64,000 nucleotides of DNA from Paraphysomonas bandaiensis (lineage: Eukaryota > Protista > Chrysophyceae), in NCBI GenBank assembly GCA_965644295.1, contig CBFFRP010000362.1, positions 1 through 64,000 of the forward strand, in the 5' to 3' direction. Within the stretch, counting starts at the first letter, position 1. The number at the start of each line of letters is the position of its first letter. Below the pieces are notes generated by a model. The model made no database searches. It saw only the letters and a list, made by a program, of their open reading frames with translations, and was not told where the DNA came from. This document shows positions 1-11,871 of the stretch, piece by piece. The position numbers and the translations under genes are program-made.

Positions 1-3000
1 GGCAGGTACCTATAATGGCCGGTTTACTTTTTTTTTTTTTCGGAATTGGCTGATTTTTATGTGTTGAATCACATCAGAACAACCTTAAATCTTACTATAA
101 ACCATCCTCACATACTTACACAGAGAACTAAGTTATATATAGTTATATCAGGTAGAGTAAACAGAAATCACTGCTCATGATGACGTTGTCTGATCTGATT
201 TTCATGCAGAATTGATCGAATATGATGCGAGGACGTCCACAACGACCCCGAATCACTCATACTCATACTGACAGTCGTATGGACGAAGTCACATTGCCCC
301 CATTGGGAAAAAGAAATGTTTTGGTTGAGGTTAAGCATGCCAAGCAGTATGGTGTGCTTCCAGGAAATGTACCTCTACAAGCGAGAGGTTAATTTGGTGT
401 TAGAGTCTTTGCCGGATCTGCCGGAAGAGACGAGCAGCTTCCCCAGTATGAAGACTGAAAGGGCGATTCTCAACACAATCGCTAATATCCCTGAGGTAGA
501 CGTCAAACGGGGGCTACAAAGTATATACCGTTGAGGAGCGTAGGGCAGGACTTATTGCCAGGGTAATAGATGGCAAGAGCGCTGAATATGTTCTCACGGA
601 GTACGGTGTCTCTATCCGCACCCAGGGGCGGGACATGAACGCCATCAGGGAGTTGTATGGACTCACCACGAAGGAGTTCAATGTGTTTCGGAACGATTCA
701 ACGAACCATTCTGTGTTGCGGGAGGCCATCATGGAGCTGGATTACTCCCTGTCTGGTCCTAAAGCTTTGCTCTACTCCATTGCGGATCGGGATATAATGG
801 CTACGAAGATGGACCTTCAAGATAAAGCTGGATATGGGTATGTACATGAAAGTGTATGATGTGTATGATGGCATACAATGTACAATTTGTAATTGTTGGT
901 GCAGATATAGCAATGCCCAGATGCAAGCCCTAGCCAGGGAATATTGCCGCGCCCATGCCAGTGCTATGCGCACTGCCAATGGAGGCGAGGACACCCCGGA
1001 GTCGGTACGCCTTGATCATGCAAAATGCAGTAAAACCTTTATTCGAGACAACTTTCTCAAGTCGTGCACTTTTGACCTTGGTGAAAATTGTTTGCCCGCT
1101 TTGACGAAGAAATCTGACCTTTCCTACAAGCGGGCAGCAGCGGCCTGCCCGACACGGGCGAGTACTATGGCCCGTAAGTTCATACAGCATCTCAGGGAGT
1201 GTATAGAGAAAGGGATCTTCCCGTCTTATGGGCCAGACCTGGAGGATATCGAGAACTGGGACGAAATTGGTTTCGACCCTTGGGGGCACGCCTTCCCTAC
1301 CTTCAAACTCTTCCAGGAGCGGAGGGAAAGGCGATTCTCTGCAAGACACGGTGAGCATACATCCTTCTGGGTAACACTTCTGTATGGTATTCGCCCGGAT
1401 GGGTCGACAACAAGACCCATCATCATTCACCAGGGTGGTGATGGCGAGGCGATGAGGGGACATTTGCACCTCAACCTCGACCCCACGTTTCATGTGGATT
1501 CTACTCCGTCGGGATATGCTGACCGGAATACCTTTCGAATAGCTGTATCGGAGATGTCAGCGTCAGGCAGGGCTAAGTGGGTCTACATTGATGGACATAG
1601 CTCACACTTTGACCCCAACTCTATCCGGCACGCTATTTCTCATAAAGTGTATATCAATTTCCTCTGTGCTAACAACTCTGTTAATGACGCCCCCATCGAT
1701 AACGGGCCCAATGCCAAGCTTAAAGCTGCCTATCGGAGGTGCTTTTCCTGGTGGAAGCACAGAAACCCAGGAGAGCCTATGATTGTTTTTCACTTCAACA
1801 AAATAATCAATCAGGCATGGAAAGAGTTTACCTCTGACCCCACGCTACCTGGTTGCATCAAGCATGCCTTTGCTAAGACGTTGACTTGGCCTTTAGTTGA
1901 TCCCTTGGAGGGAGAGGAGGTGGCCGAGGTTCATAGAGACAAAGTGACATCTAATAGTATTATCTCTGGTGTGTATGATGTGGATGAACGGGACATGGAC
2001 CGTAAGGCATCGGTGCTTTCGGCACCCAGACCAGTCGCTCTCATGGAGCCCAGCGAGGAGAACCCAAATATGAAGCGGGTTCGTTACCAGGAGGTCAAGC
2101 CTGGGGATATTAACTATTGCGTGCTTATTAGTAGTATTTCGGCACAGTTCTTCCAGTCTAGTTTTCTCGCTCCGGCACGTGAACAGGCCCAAGCGAGGGC
2201 AGAGGAGGCCCGATACAAGAAAGCCTCAATTCCCCGCGGTGCGTTAAGTGTATTGGACGTTGCCCTAGAGAATGAGGTGAGGGGTCAGGATGCAGAAGGG
2301 GAGGGGGGAGGGGTGGACGAGAGGGGTGGTATGCCCAACACCACTACGGGGCACTGTGCAGTGCTGTCAACGGCCGAGCGTATTGAGGCCTACATGGCTC
2401 GGAGGGAGGAAGAGCGACAGGCTAAAGAGCGCCGTAAGGACGAAAAGGAGCGCCGCCAGATGGAAGAATATCACCGACATGTTGAGATCGTGGATGCCCT
2501 TCTACTCCGTGTGCGCGACCAGCAATATGACTGGCGCACGGCCAATAATGATGCCCTGAGGGCAGCACTAAATGTCCTTCCTAAGGCAACTACTCCTATT
2601 GATCCTGAGCTAAAGGTTGGCACGAAGGCCTACCTCATAGCCAAGCTCGAAGGTCCGATGTCTGACAAGTTGAGACAGCTGCACGGGGGAGTGGTGAGGG
2701 AGAGAGAGGAGGTTTATGTATCGGAATCAGACCGAGAGCCAATCGATGCGGCGTAGGTTTCTTGCTATTTAATCGCGTACTTGCGAGTCTCTTATTTTGT
2801 TTTGACCCCACTTGGTCCTTTATTTTCTTTTGACCTTCTGGTCGGTCCTTTATTTTCTTTGGATGTTTCGCATGATAAAGTGCATACAATTGTAATCACT
2901 TCAGCTCATGCAAAGTCAACGCATACATACCACAAACCAGCAGTACATATTCGTATCTACTTTAACTCTGTCGTATGTATGATTTTACGTAACATCGTTT

Positions 3001-4408
3001 TTTGTTTTGGATTTTGAATATTTTCTTTCTCCAGTGTGGAATTTAATTACGAGTTGAATGAAAGTAATAAAGTTCAACACTGATGGCTACATACTTCTTC
3101 TTGTTGACCAAACTAAGCCACCCTCTACTACATAGTCAATATCCGATTTTAAGTAAATCTCAATGGGTGTAACATAATATAAATTAAGTAGTAGAAATAA
3201 TATATATTAGTGAATATACAAGAGAAAAAAACAATTCAAAATAATAATTTAGTTAATCTAGCACTTGTAGTGCTCCTATACTACTCGACATCAATGACAT
3301 ATATTTGGAAAGCAAGATTTAGTACTATGAATCGTATGAATACTGAGGTGGCCAGGTTCCCTCTGCCCTTTATCCAGTGCAAGCTGTTGCTGAGCTCCCG
3401 CTGTTCCTCAAGAGGGGTACCTTATGTCCCATGGATCAATAGTCGACCCACTATGAGTCTGGGTGTTCAACCATTGAAAAGTTTAGGACAGCAATCAGTC
3501 ATGACGGGGGAAGCGCCAGTTGGTTTGACCACATCCACAGTTCCAATAACATTCGGCCAAGGATCACTGGTGGGCTGCGTCAACATGGATCCCTCTACGT
3601 TCCACTGCGTGCAGAGCCCCGTGCAATGAATTTCACTGTCTACATGTGCTGTTCCACATGCCTCACCCTGACCCCTGTAGAATAGTGAACTTTCAATCCG
3701 GGCGTCACCCTGAGCCCTAAATAGCTCCAGAGTCCTCCCCCTTTCCTCCTCAATTCACCAGAGCCTCCATTTCGCTCCAGAGGTGCAGCATTATAGTCAT
3801 CGTCTGGCTAATCTAAACACACGCTTATTTCAGAAATGTGATGCACAATGCCGCAGAGGAGAGCATATACTCAAAGTAGTGTGCTGATAGTATTGCGCAT
3901 ATAATGAGCAATAGTTGAGTGTATATCTACAGGTCAGATGAGGTCATTCGCAGGTGTGGTGTGCAGGCGTATCTAAATCGACCCCTTTCCCCAACCAGAA
4001 CTTATCACCATAAATACTGCGAATCAGTTGAAAGTAAGAGCACCATCGTGTCAAGCACTATGAATTTAGTCTACCTGTATCGCCACATGGCCGCTATGAG
4101 CAATGACCATCTCCAAATACTCCAATTTATTTTAAGTGACTGTGATTTGCAGTCATCTGAGAGGGAAAAAACGGCCATTTTGAAAAACCAAAAACTGAAA
4201 TGAGGTCAAAAACCTCTTAAGGGGCTCACTTTGAGGATGAATATCAAAAGATTCAGATTATGAGTGCAGTTCGTCACTTAGAATGAAATATGGGTAAAAT
4301 CACTACGTTTCTAATGATGCTTTCACTGCAATCAGACATGCATTGAGTGTTATTTTAAGTGCATCTGAAAAGTGCAAAAAAAACGGCCATAATAGATACC
4401 TGCCTTCC
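1..4408 (+). mobile_element. pogo/Fot1-type (Tc1/mariner superfamily) DNA transposon with TIRs; left end probably clipped by the window edge
   Basis: GGCAGGTACCTATAATGGCCG at 1-21 is an imperfect inverted repeat of CGGCCATAATAGATACCTGCC at 4384-4404. The right end continues TTCC then TA (4409-4410), a candidate TA target-site duplication. The element encloses a DDE_1 transposase. Confidence 0.85.
316..2756 (+). CDS. pogo/Fot1-like DD35D transposase (HTH_psq-like, CENP-B-like HTH, DDE_1); one intron, one apparent frameshift, start uncertain
   Basis: Catalytic motifs NWDEIG, YIDGHSSH and APIDNG, with 35 residues between the 2nd and 3rd D. The upstream frame YTVEERRAGLIARVIDGKS..EYGVSIRT joins ORF 834-2756 through a GT-AG intron at 838-904. 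Frameshift in the G-run near 509-513. Confidence 0.85.
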
Positions 4409-4620
4409 TAGGTACGCTGGTACTGCATCGTTCCTGGAATGGCGATAGCTATAAAAAGAATACATGAAATATGTACTCCTGTATACGTATATAGTACTGC
4501 TGGACCATCATATGAACCAGCTACGAACAAGAGTGTGTCGATCTCATTGTTCTTCTTCATACAGATATATTCGAACTCTACCTACATCTCATTATTAATC
4601 CACGTATATACACCACCACA

Positions 4621-5475
4621 ATGATTCCCAGAATAGGTTTCGCAGGATTGGGGGCAATGGGCTACCATATCGCAGGGAAACTATCAAAGAAATTCCCTGT
4701 ACTTGTATGGAACAGATCACGCGATAAGGCTATGAGACACTCGAAAGAGTTTGGGACGACTCTAGTAGAGGATATTGGGGTCATGAAGGATGTGGATTAT
4801 GTTATGGCTTGCATGCCAACAGCTGATACAGCGAATGAATTGTTCTCGCATATACACTCTCTTAAGTGTGACAGTAATCTTACATTCGTGGATTTGAGTT
4901 CTGGAGATATCGATTCATCGCAAAATATTTCAAAGATTTTGTATCCCAACCGATATATGGATGCCCCTGTGTCTGGTGGACCTATAGGGGCAGCGAATGG
5001 CACCTTGACAAGTATGGTGGGGTCAACAGAACCGTTGACAGATGTGGACAAGTCTGTTTTCGAAGCATACAGTAAAGTGATAGTCGAGTGTGGAAACATC
5101 GGCCATGGAAATGCAATAAAAGCTGCAAATAACTTCTTAAATGTTACTCATTTACTTTTGGCCTCTGATGTCCTTATTCAGTTGAAAAAGGCTGGGATAT
5201 CCCCCACCACGGCGCTGGAATGTATTAATTCATCCTCAGGACGGTCTCTGCAGACAGAAGTACGAATCCCAACCCAAGTTCTATCACGCAAATTTGACTA
5301 CGGATTCAAGCTGAACCTCATGCGTAAAGATGTATTGCAGTCTAAGCCATTGCTGCAAGGTACCCTCTTTTACAAACAAATAGAGGAGCTCCTTCAACCC
5401 CACGCTCTCACAGAGGCTGATTACACGTCTGTCGTGCGGGACCTAGAGCGAGAGAACCAAACTACTCTATCCTAA
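4621..5475 (+). CDS. NAD(P)-dependent beta-hydroxyacid dehydrogenase (3-hydroxyisobutyrate dehydrogenase-like), intronless
   Basis: GFAGLGAMG Rossmann motif, DAPVSGG, catalytic K in AIKAANN, C-terminal F-x-L-x-LMRKD. Confidence 0.92.
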   Translation: MIPRIGFAGLGAMGYHIAGKLSKKFPVLVWNRSRDKAMRHSKEFGTTLVEDIGVMKDVDYVMACMPTADTANELFSHIHSLKCDSNLTFVDLSSGDIDSSQNISKILYPNRYMDAPVSGGPIGAANGTLTSMVGSTEPLTDVDKSVFEAYSKVIVECGNIGHGNAIKAANNFLNVTHLLLASDVLIQLKKAGISPTTALECINSSSGRSLQTEVRIPTQVLSRKFDYGFKLNLMRKDVLQSKPLLQGTLFYKQIEELLQPHALTEADYTSVVRDLERENQTTLS

Positions 5476-7320
5476 AGAATTTAGGGGTGCGAAACTGGAG
5501 AACATACATAATTTGTTGGTCGTATGTACATATATACAAATGCCATTCGTAGATATAAGGGCAATACAATTTCTACAACTCACACTTCTAAGAACGATAT
5601 AGCGATCGTACTAACATATATGCATATGTGTAGTAGTCATTTTGTGTATTAGTACTTCAGTACCACATGATACGAAGGCTCATTTCTTCGCACAGCTATA
5701 AATAATGAGTTTATAAATCTCCCTGAATTAGTACGTAGTATATTAGGCACTGTAGTTTTGCCGAATAGCTACCTCCAAAATATATACTTATAAACCTTTC
5801 GTTAGTGTGATACGTTCGATGTATATGAAAGTAAGGGTTATGCTACAGATTATCGCTGCATCTAATCTATATTGCCCTGTTCTGACTGCGTTGTCATAGT
5901 GTAAACCACAGGTACATTTGACACGGAACACCTATAAGGCTAAGACTTTACCCTATTCTATTGCACTCGTTCATCTGCTTACCTCGTTTCCCATCAACAT
6001 TACTTATGTAGAACTTGTCTAATTCACAATGATTACACGAGCGTTGGTACCTACGATTCTAAATGGATAAAATTCACACAGCTTCTAGCGAGGCCGCGAC
6101 AGTTTTCCTCCCTTGAGAAGTAGCACACAGAAAAAAAGATACGCTTGACCCATACACCATACACATATTGCGTACCACTTAGCCTTCATCTTCCCGGGAA
6201 TGCACGGGGTTTATCATGTATGGGCTTTGCAATGCTGTGTAGATCTAGGTAGGACTGGTGTGGCGCAAACGAGATATACGCTGCTCTTTTTGTTATCTAT
6301 CCTGTTTCATATAAGGGTTGTGTTGCCATTCCGATGCTGAGAGCGCTAACAACCGCATCCAAAAACAAGTCTCTGACAGCAGTATTGTTTTGTGTAAGGA
6401 AGGCAACTGGCCCAATACTGTCAGTCTGAAGAGATACTTCGAATATATGATGCTTTTCTTGACTTCGTCTGGAATTGGTTTCAATAATATTTTTATTGCA
6501 AGGAGCCTGTGTTTATCTCGGTCAAGCATACAATCCAACGATTATACTTCTTTGTGCTTCTTGTAAGTGTGTGGATGTGAAGGCAAGAATTCAACGATTG
6601 AAACATTTACGCCTGTTGTGTTGTCTGTAACATGACCACTTTTCATCGTGCCAAGTCCCAGGCTATACGTAAATAAATCTGGTTTGGGGATGTTAGCGGA
6701 GACACTCCGAATATCGCTCTTCATGATAAGTAACAGTGAGAAGCTAAGATCCATTAGAGAATACACGATCTATCTAGATGTGGGGGGGATATGACTGGTT
6801 ATGATTGTATACTGTACCTTAAAAGGGCTGTATGTGTACTAGAATAAGGAGAGGTATAACTGCTAATACCTTAATTCATGCTCTTCATTTCGTATAGAAT
6901 GGTCCTCTCTCTGAATTGTTTGCTCAGTTTCTATTCCTCCAGTCTGGAACGATGTCTAATTCGTGTGCTGGACATGCTCATCAGTTGAACTGATATATCA
7001 ACCAATCATATTGTGATTTACTGTATTATGAATGTATAATTGGTTTAATTCTGCGTACGAGCCAACCAATGATATGGTAATGTACAATAAAACCGAAATT
7101 TGATTTGTAGTACAAAATCAATTAATGGCCAATAAAAACATGGTTATTACTATTGTAATGATATTATTGGATAATTGTTATCTGAGAATATCCTGTGCTT
7201 CAAGTTGAGATTCAAGTTCAATGTGTGTATGTATGAGTGTGGTATGAGTGTGGTATGTGAGAAGTTGTTAATGCATTCATATTACTGAGATTGATCATAG
7301 ATGATCTATTGAACCACGTC

Positions 7321-8930
7321 ATGGAAATCATTAAATCACCTACCGTTAATGCGGATGATAAGATCGAAACGTCAGAGAGCTCATCAGACAATAGCTGTCA
7401 CTGCATTAAGAACACAGACGACAGGATGGCATTACTAGTGATATCTACATGTATGCTTCATTTCATGTCTATTGGAGTTGTGGTTGTACCATTGAAATTG
7501 TTGATTAATCAGCGCATTGCTGGTGATGCCAATGACCCAAACAGCGCAAGTGTGTTTGTCGATACGACGAATATTTTCCTGTACGCCTTTATGAGTTTCA
7601 TATGTGGACGTTACACCTCTGGACTTGGAGATTTTATAGGTAGAAAGCCAGTGATGGGGGTATCCATAGTTGTTCTTATTCTGACTAGAGCTATTTATAT
7701 CAACTCTGAGCGAGATATTGGCTTTTATGTGGGCGCTATCATTGGTGGTACATTCGATTGTTTCTACTACTCAGGTCTCGCCTGGGTTTGCGACATATAT
7801 CCTGATCAAGAAAGAAGAAGTCAACGAGTTGGATTCTATTCGGCTTTTGTGTTGGGACTATCATTAACTATATCTGCCCCGGTGGGAGCAGTGCTGGCGG
7901 GCTCAATCAGCTTGCATGCTCCATTCATCGTATCTCCAATTATTTCATTGATAAGTCTAGTAATGCTAGTGTGCATCCCTGTAGATGACACAATTGCTGC
8001 CCAGCATGGCGAAAAACTTAGACTTTCAGAGAATGGGGCTGATACCAGTGTAGCTGTAATGCACGTGTTCGGATCTACGAGCCATCGTACTTTGCCTGCA
8101 GATACGTTTCTGTACCTAACAACCCATTTCCCACTTTCCGTAGGATCTTTGAACATCATAAAGCTGGCTAGGTCACCTCAAGACTGGCTTACCCATGGAG
8201 CTATGCAGTGCATTCCTGCCCTATTTGCTCTAATTCTGGTGCAGTACTGCTTGGCTGTTTTCCACTGGTCACCAACAGTTTCATCCTTGGCAGTGTTCTC
8301 AGTTGGCCTCTGCCTTGGTCTCACAAGTCCCCCTTTGCTTCATTTTTTTCCACCGTTGCCGGTAGCACTATATGCGATGTGTCTCTTTACTTCTGGATTA
8401 GTACTGTTGGCTATAGCTGGAAGCGGTATACAGCAAGGGCCTGCTATCGGTAAGCATAGCGAATGATTACAATATTTCATACTCATTATCTAATTCAGGA
8501 GCTGTTGGAATTGCTTGCGTTGCACTAGGAACTAGTTGGATACCTTCGTTACAAACTAACTTAGCATCGCAGTATGAACCTAGTATGCAAGGGATGGTGG
8601 GAGGACTGTTGAGCCAGCAGAAGGATTTCGCTGTTCTTCCGGCATATCTTATGAGTCTTGGATTCACTTTTTCTCTGGAAAGACCCAACGGGTTCTACTG
8701 GCCTGGGTGCAGCATGGCCATGGTTAGTGATACTTGACTTGCGTATTGGTTGTATGTAACAGAATTGTGTGTTTAAATAGGCTGCCTGTTTAGGTCTGCT
8801 ATCTATATGTATTCACTATCGCACCCACAAAGAAGCGGCAGTCTGCCGACAATGTGGTGTGGCAGTCTCAATGGATCCTACTGCAGACACTTTAGACTGT
8901 ATTGTGGATGAGCTAAAGGCTGATGTGTAG
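7321..8930 (+). CDS. MFS transporter (TetA/MFSD14-like drug:H+ antiporter group), 3 exons
   Basis: Multiple TM helices, motif A-like SGLGDFIGRKP, and AWVCDIYPDQERRSQRVG. Introns at 8450-8498 and ~8724-8780 restore the frame to TAG at 8930. Confidence 0.85.
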
Positions 8931-9275
8931 CACCGAAGTTGATTGCACAGAAAACTGTAAATATATCGGAACAACGTGCTATACCATATTTCGCATATCT
9001 TCGTGTCAATGATCTGGTGTTGAATATATTAATATTTTTGTTGCTTTATCAGACGTGTATTAATTGTACTTGAAAAAATGAGAATGCACAACAAATGTGC
9101 TTTGGGTCACGATATTATTTAGTATATACTGTAAAAGTAAGAATTAAGAGTACTTATCTCTACATATTAACTGGAGAATAGGAACAGAAAACATACGTAA
9201 AGAGTAAGGAATCACAATGATCTTTACGCAATATACATACCTACTTATGTAGTATATCACCCACCTAACCCTACA

Positions 9276-10351
9276 CTACTTCTTTCTTTTAGTAGCTACT
9301 TTCGTTGTACTAGAACTAGCAGAAGTCTTTATGCAAGACTTTACTGGGCCATATGATAACCGGTGTATGGCACAAGGTCCATGAGTGCGAAGTGCTTGTC
9401 GATGAAATACAGTGGGGTATCCCTTGTGTTGTTTCAATCCATATACCGGATAAACAGTATCGTATTCATCCATAATTCGGTCTCGGGTTACCTTGGCTAT
9501 AATGCTGGCTGCTGCTATGCTGTACACATTCCGATCGCCCTGTATTACCATAGAAACTGTCGTAAAAGTTGACATTGAATACAAAAATCGACACACCTTT
9601 ATAACAGGGATGGCTTCCATCGGCATGTCTGTCGGTATACGAGGCCCATCAATCATGGCGATAAACGACGGTTTTTCAATACTGTCATTTCCCTTTCCTT
9701 CCTGGGTGCTAAGTAAGCTTTCCAACTTCTTCCGCATTGCCCCCTCTGCAGCAATGCGCATAGCCTTGAGGGATGCCTGAAGAATATTTATCTGATCGAT
9801 CTCATCGTGTTCAATACGGACAGCTTCATAGACAACGCCCGGGTGCTGGATAAGTTCTTCATAAGTTTGCACACGAGACTTCTCTGTAGTCAATTTCGAG
9901 TCAAGAATCCCGCTTATGTCCACATCATCATCTAATATACATGCAGCAGCCACAACCGGACCTGCGAGCGGGCCTGCGAAGTGTCATATCGTTATTCATT
10001 CATTGCTATTTCAGTTCCGTACGTATAAGCATATACGCATATACACATGCATGCAACACTATGCTCACCTCTGCCGGCCTCATCCACTCCACACACATAC
10101 TCATGCTGCTTCTGCAGTTCCTTCTCCACTTTCCGGCTAAGACTCGCCTCTTTCGCCTTATCTGATCGAGCAACAGAGGCGATCACAGCAGTCTCAGACA
10201 CTACTTTTATAGAGACATGCTTGTTTTTGTTTACTTGACGGTTGATTTTTTTTTTAATAGTGACATTTGGCGGTTGAGAAGAGGGTTTAGTGCATGATAC
10301 GCGTAATGCAGCCAGACGAGGCGATCGTCGGCATGTTGTTGCAACAACCAT
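9276..10351 (-). CDS. rnhB: Ribonuclease HII, bacterial RnhB type, 2 introns
   Basis: Spliced GVDEAGRG/PLAGPVVAAA, then DSK, NILQASL, IDG, SIAAASIIAKVTRD, HKGYPT and IHRLSY. Confidence 0.93.
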
Positions 10352-11871
10352 ATCGGTCTATTTTGTGTAGAGTGAGTAATATGGTTGTAAAGTATAGAGA
10401 GCATCGTAGCAGCATGGCAGTAGAGGAGAGGTGTGTGTATGTACCGGTCTACTTGTACTGCTGTACTTTGTACGTACGGAGCCGACTACAGCATGTAGAG
10501 GGTTGTTATCTCTGTGCTGATATCCGTATTGGCAGTTCAGCATCTTATTTTTCGGGAATGAATTGAAGCAGAAATCATCTACATTAATGCAATACAACTA
10601 CGGCTGGAATACAGATAATTGTTGTCTCAAAATATACACAGGATGCCAATACGTCCATCATATACTACCACCAACACACAAGTGGGGGCTATTCTTTCTG
10701 ATTTCTAGACTTTGAGGGTGTTGAAAGTACAGATTTTTTGAAAAATCAACAAAAACATGACTGAAAATCCTGAATATATTCATAAATCCCAACTTTTATC
10801 ACCATATACACTCCAAACAAGAGGACATTGCAGTTACAGTTACAGTTACATGAGTACTCACATCCTCTGGCCTCATATATCTCATGTGAACAACCGTCTT
10901 GATCACTATCTTCTCTTTACATCCAATGGATTCTCTGTCTGTTCTATTGGCAGAGATCACACAACATGCTTTATAGAGGAGTTGCTTCATCTCATAGTCC
11001 AGTAGATACATTCATGTATTACATGGGCTCGTAACGGCAGCTGAAGATATTGCAGAGACTGAAAGTAACAGAAGGACTCTGGAGGCGTATCCTTGTTTGG
11101 AATTAGATATCTTATGAGCCATTCTCTTCAAGGCAACCACAATGATGTATCGGACACATAGTAATGTAACCCATAGTAAGGTTAACTGGGGTTTTGGCTG
11201 CCTACTGAAGTCAAGCATCCGGGCTGTTTACCTACTCAAAAATCTTGAAGTCAGCAGATATCAAGTATATCACTGTGTTTGCTTTGAGTGAAAGTGGTTG
11301 TACCTTGGTGCTTTTGGTGACGCATAAGCAGCATTCGTAGCTTTAAATAGTAGGATATCAAAGTTAGGCACTAGTTAAGTAATCTGCAATGCTGAATTTG
11401 TTCTGACTCTTAAACGCCTATTGCTATAAATATAAATATTCTATTCGACCCCACCCGTCCTTTCAAAAATAAGGGTGTAGCAGACAATTGTGTTAAGCTT
11501 ATAAGCATAAAACTTAGAATTATTCACGTATTTTGAGATGATTCCTTGATAATAATAAGTAATTATTATCTTCTTCTTCTTCTTTGGTGGTTTAACAGTA
11601 CATTTTGGCATGTCGCGGCTACATATTCAATAATATAGAATATAGTGTATAGTGCATGGATCTTCTATGTCAAACACCCGTTGGTTGATGAATATAGTAC
11701 GGAAATAAATAATATCTATAGGCCGGATTATGATATTCTTCACTGCTTCTGCTTCAATTTCAAGGAGCGATAATCCGATATAAGCATTTTCGATAAACAA
11801 TTAGAATAAAATATAACCTTTACAGTTATACTTATTTACACAATCAATAAAGTCGATGTTATTCTATAGCG

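Noticed and set aside
930-1493. Antisense ORFs overlapping real genes (also 31481-31918, 54398-54865 and others)
   Set aside because: Shadow or alternative frames of well-supported coding sequences.
5900-6990. Coding-like fragments on the minus strand
   Set aside because: Broken by stops and frame changes with no recognisable motif; possibly a pseudogene but not supportable.
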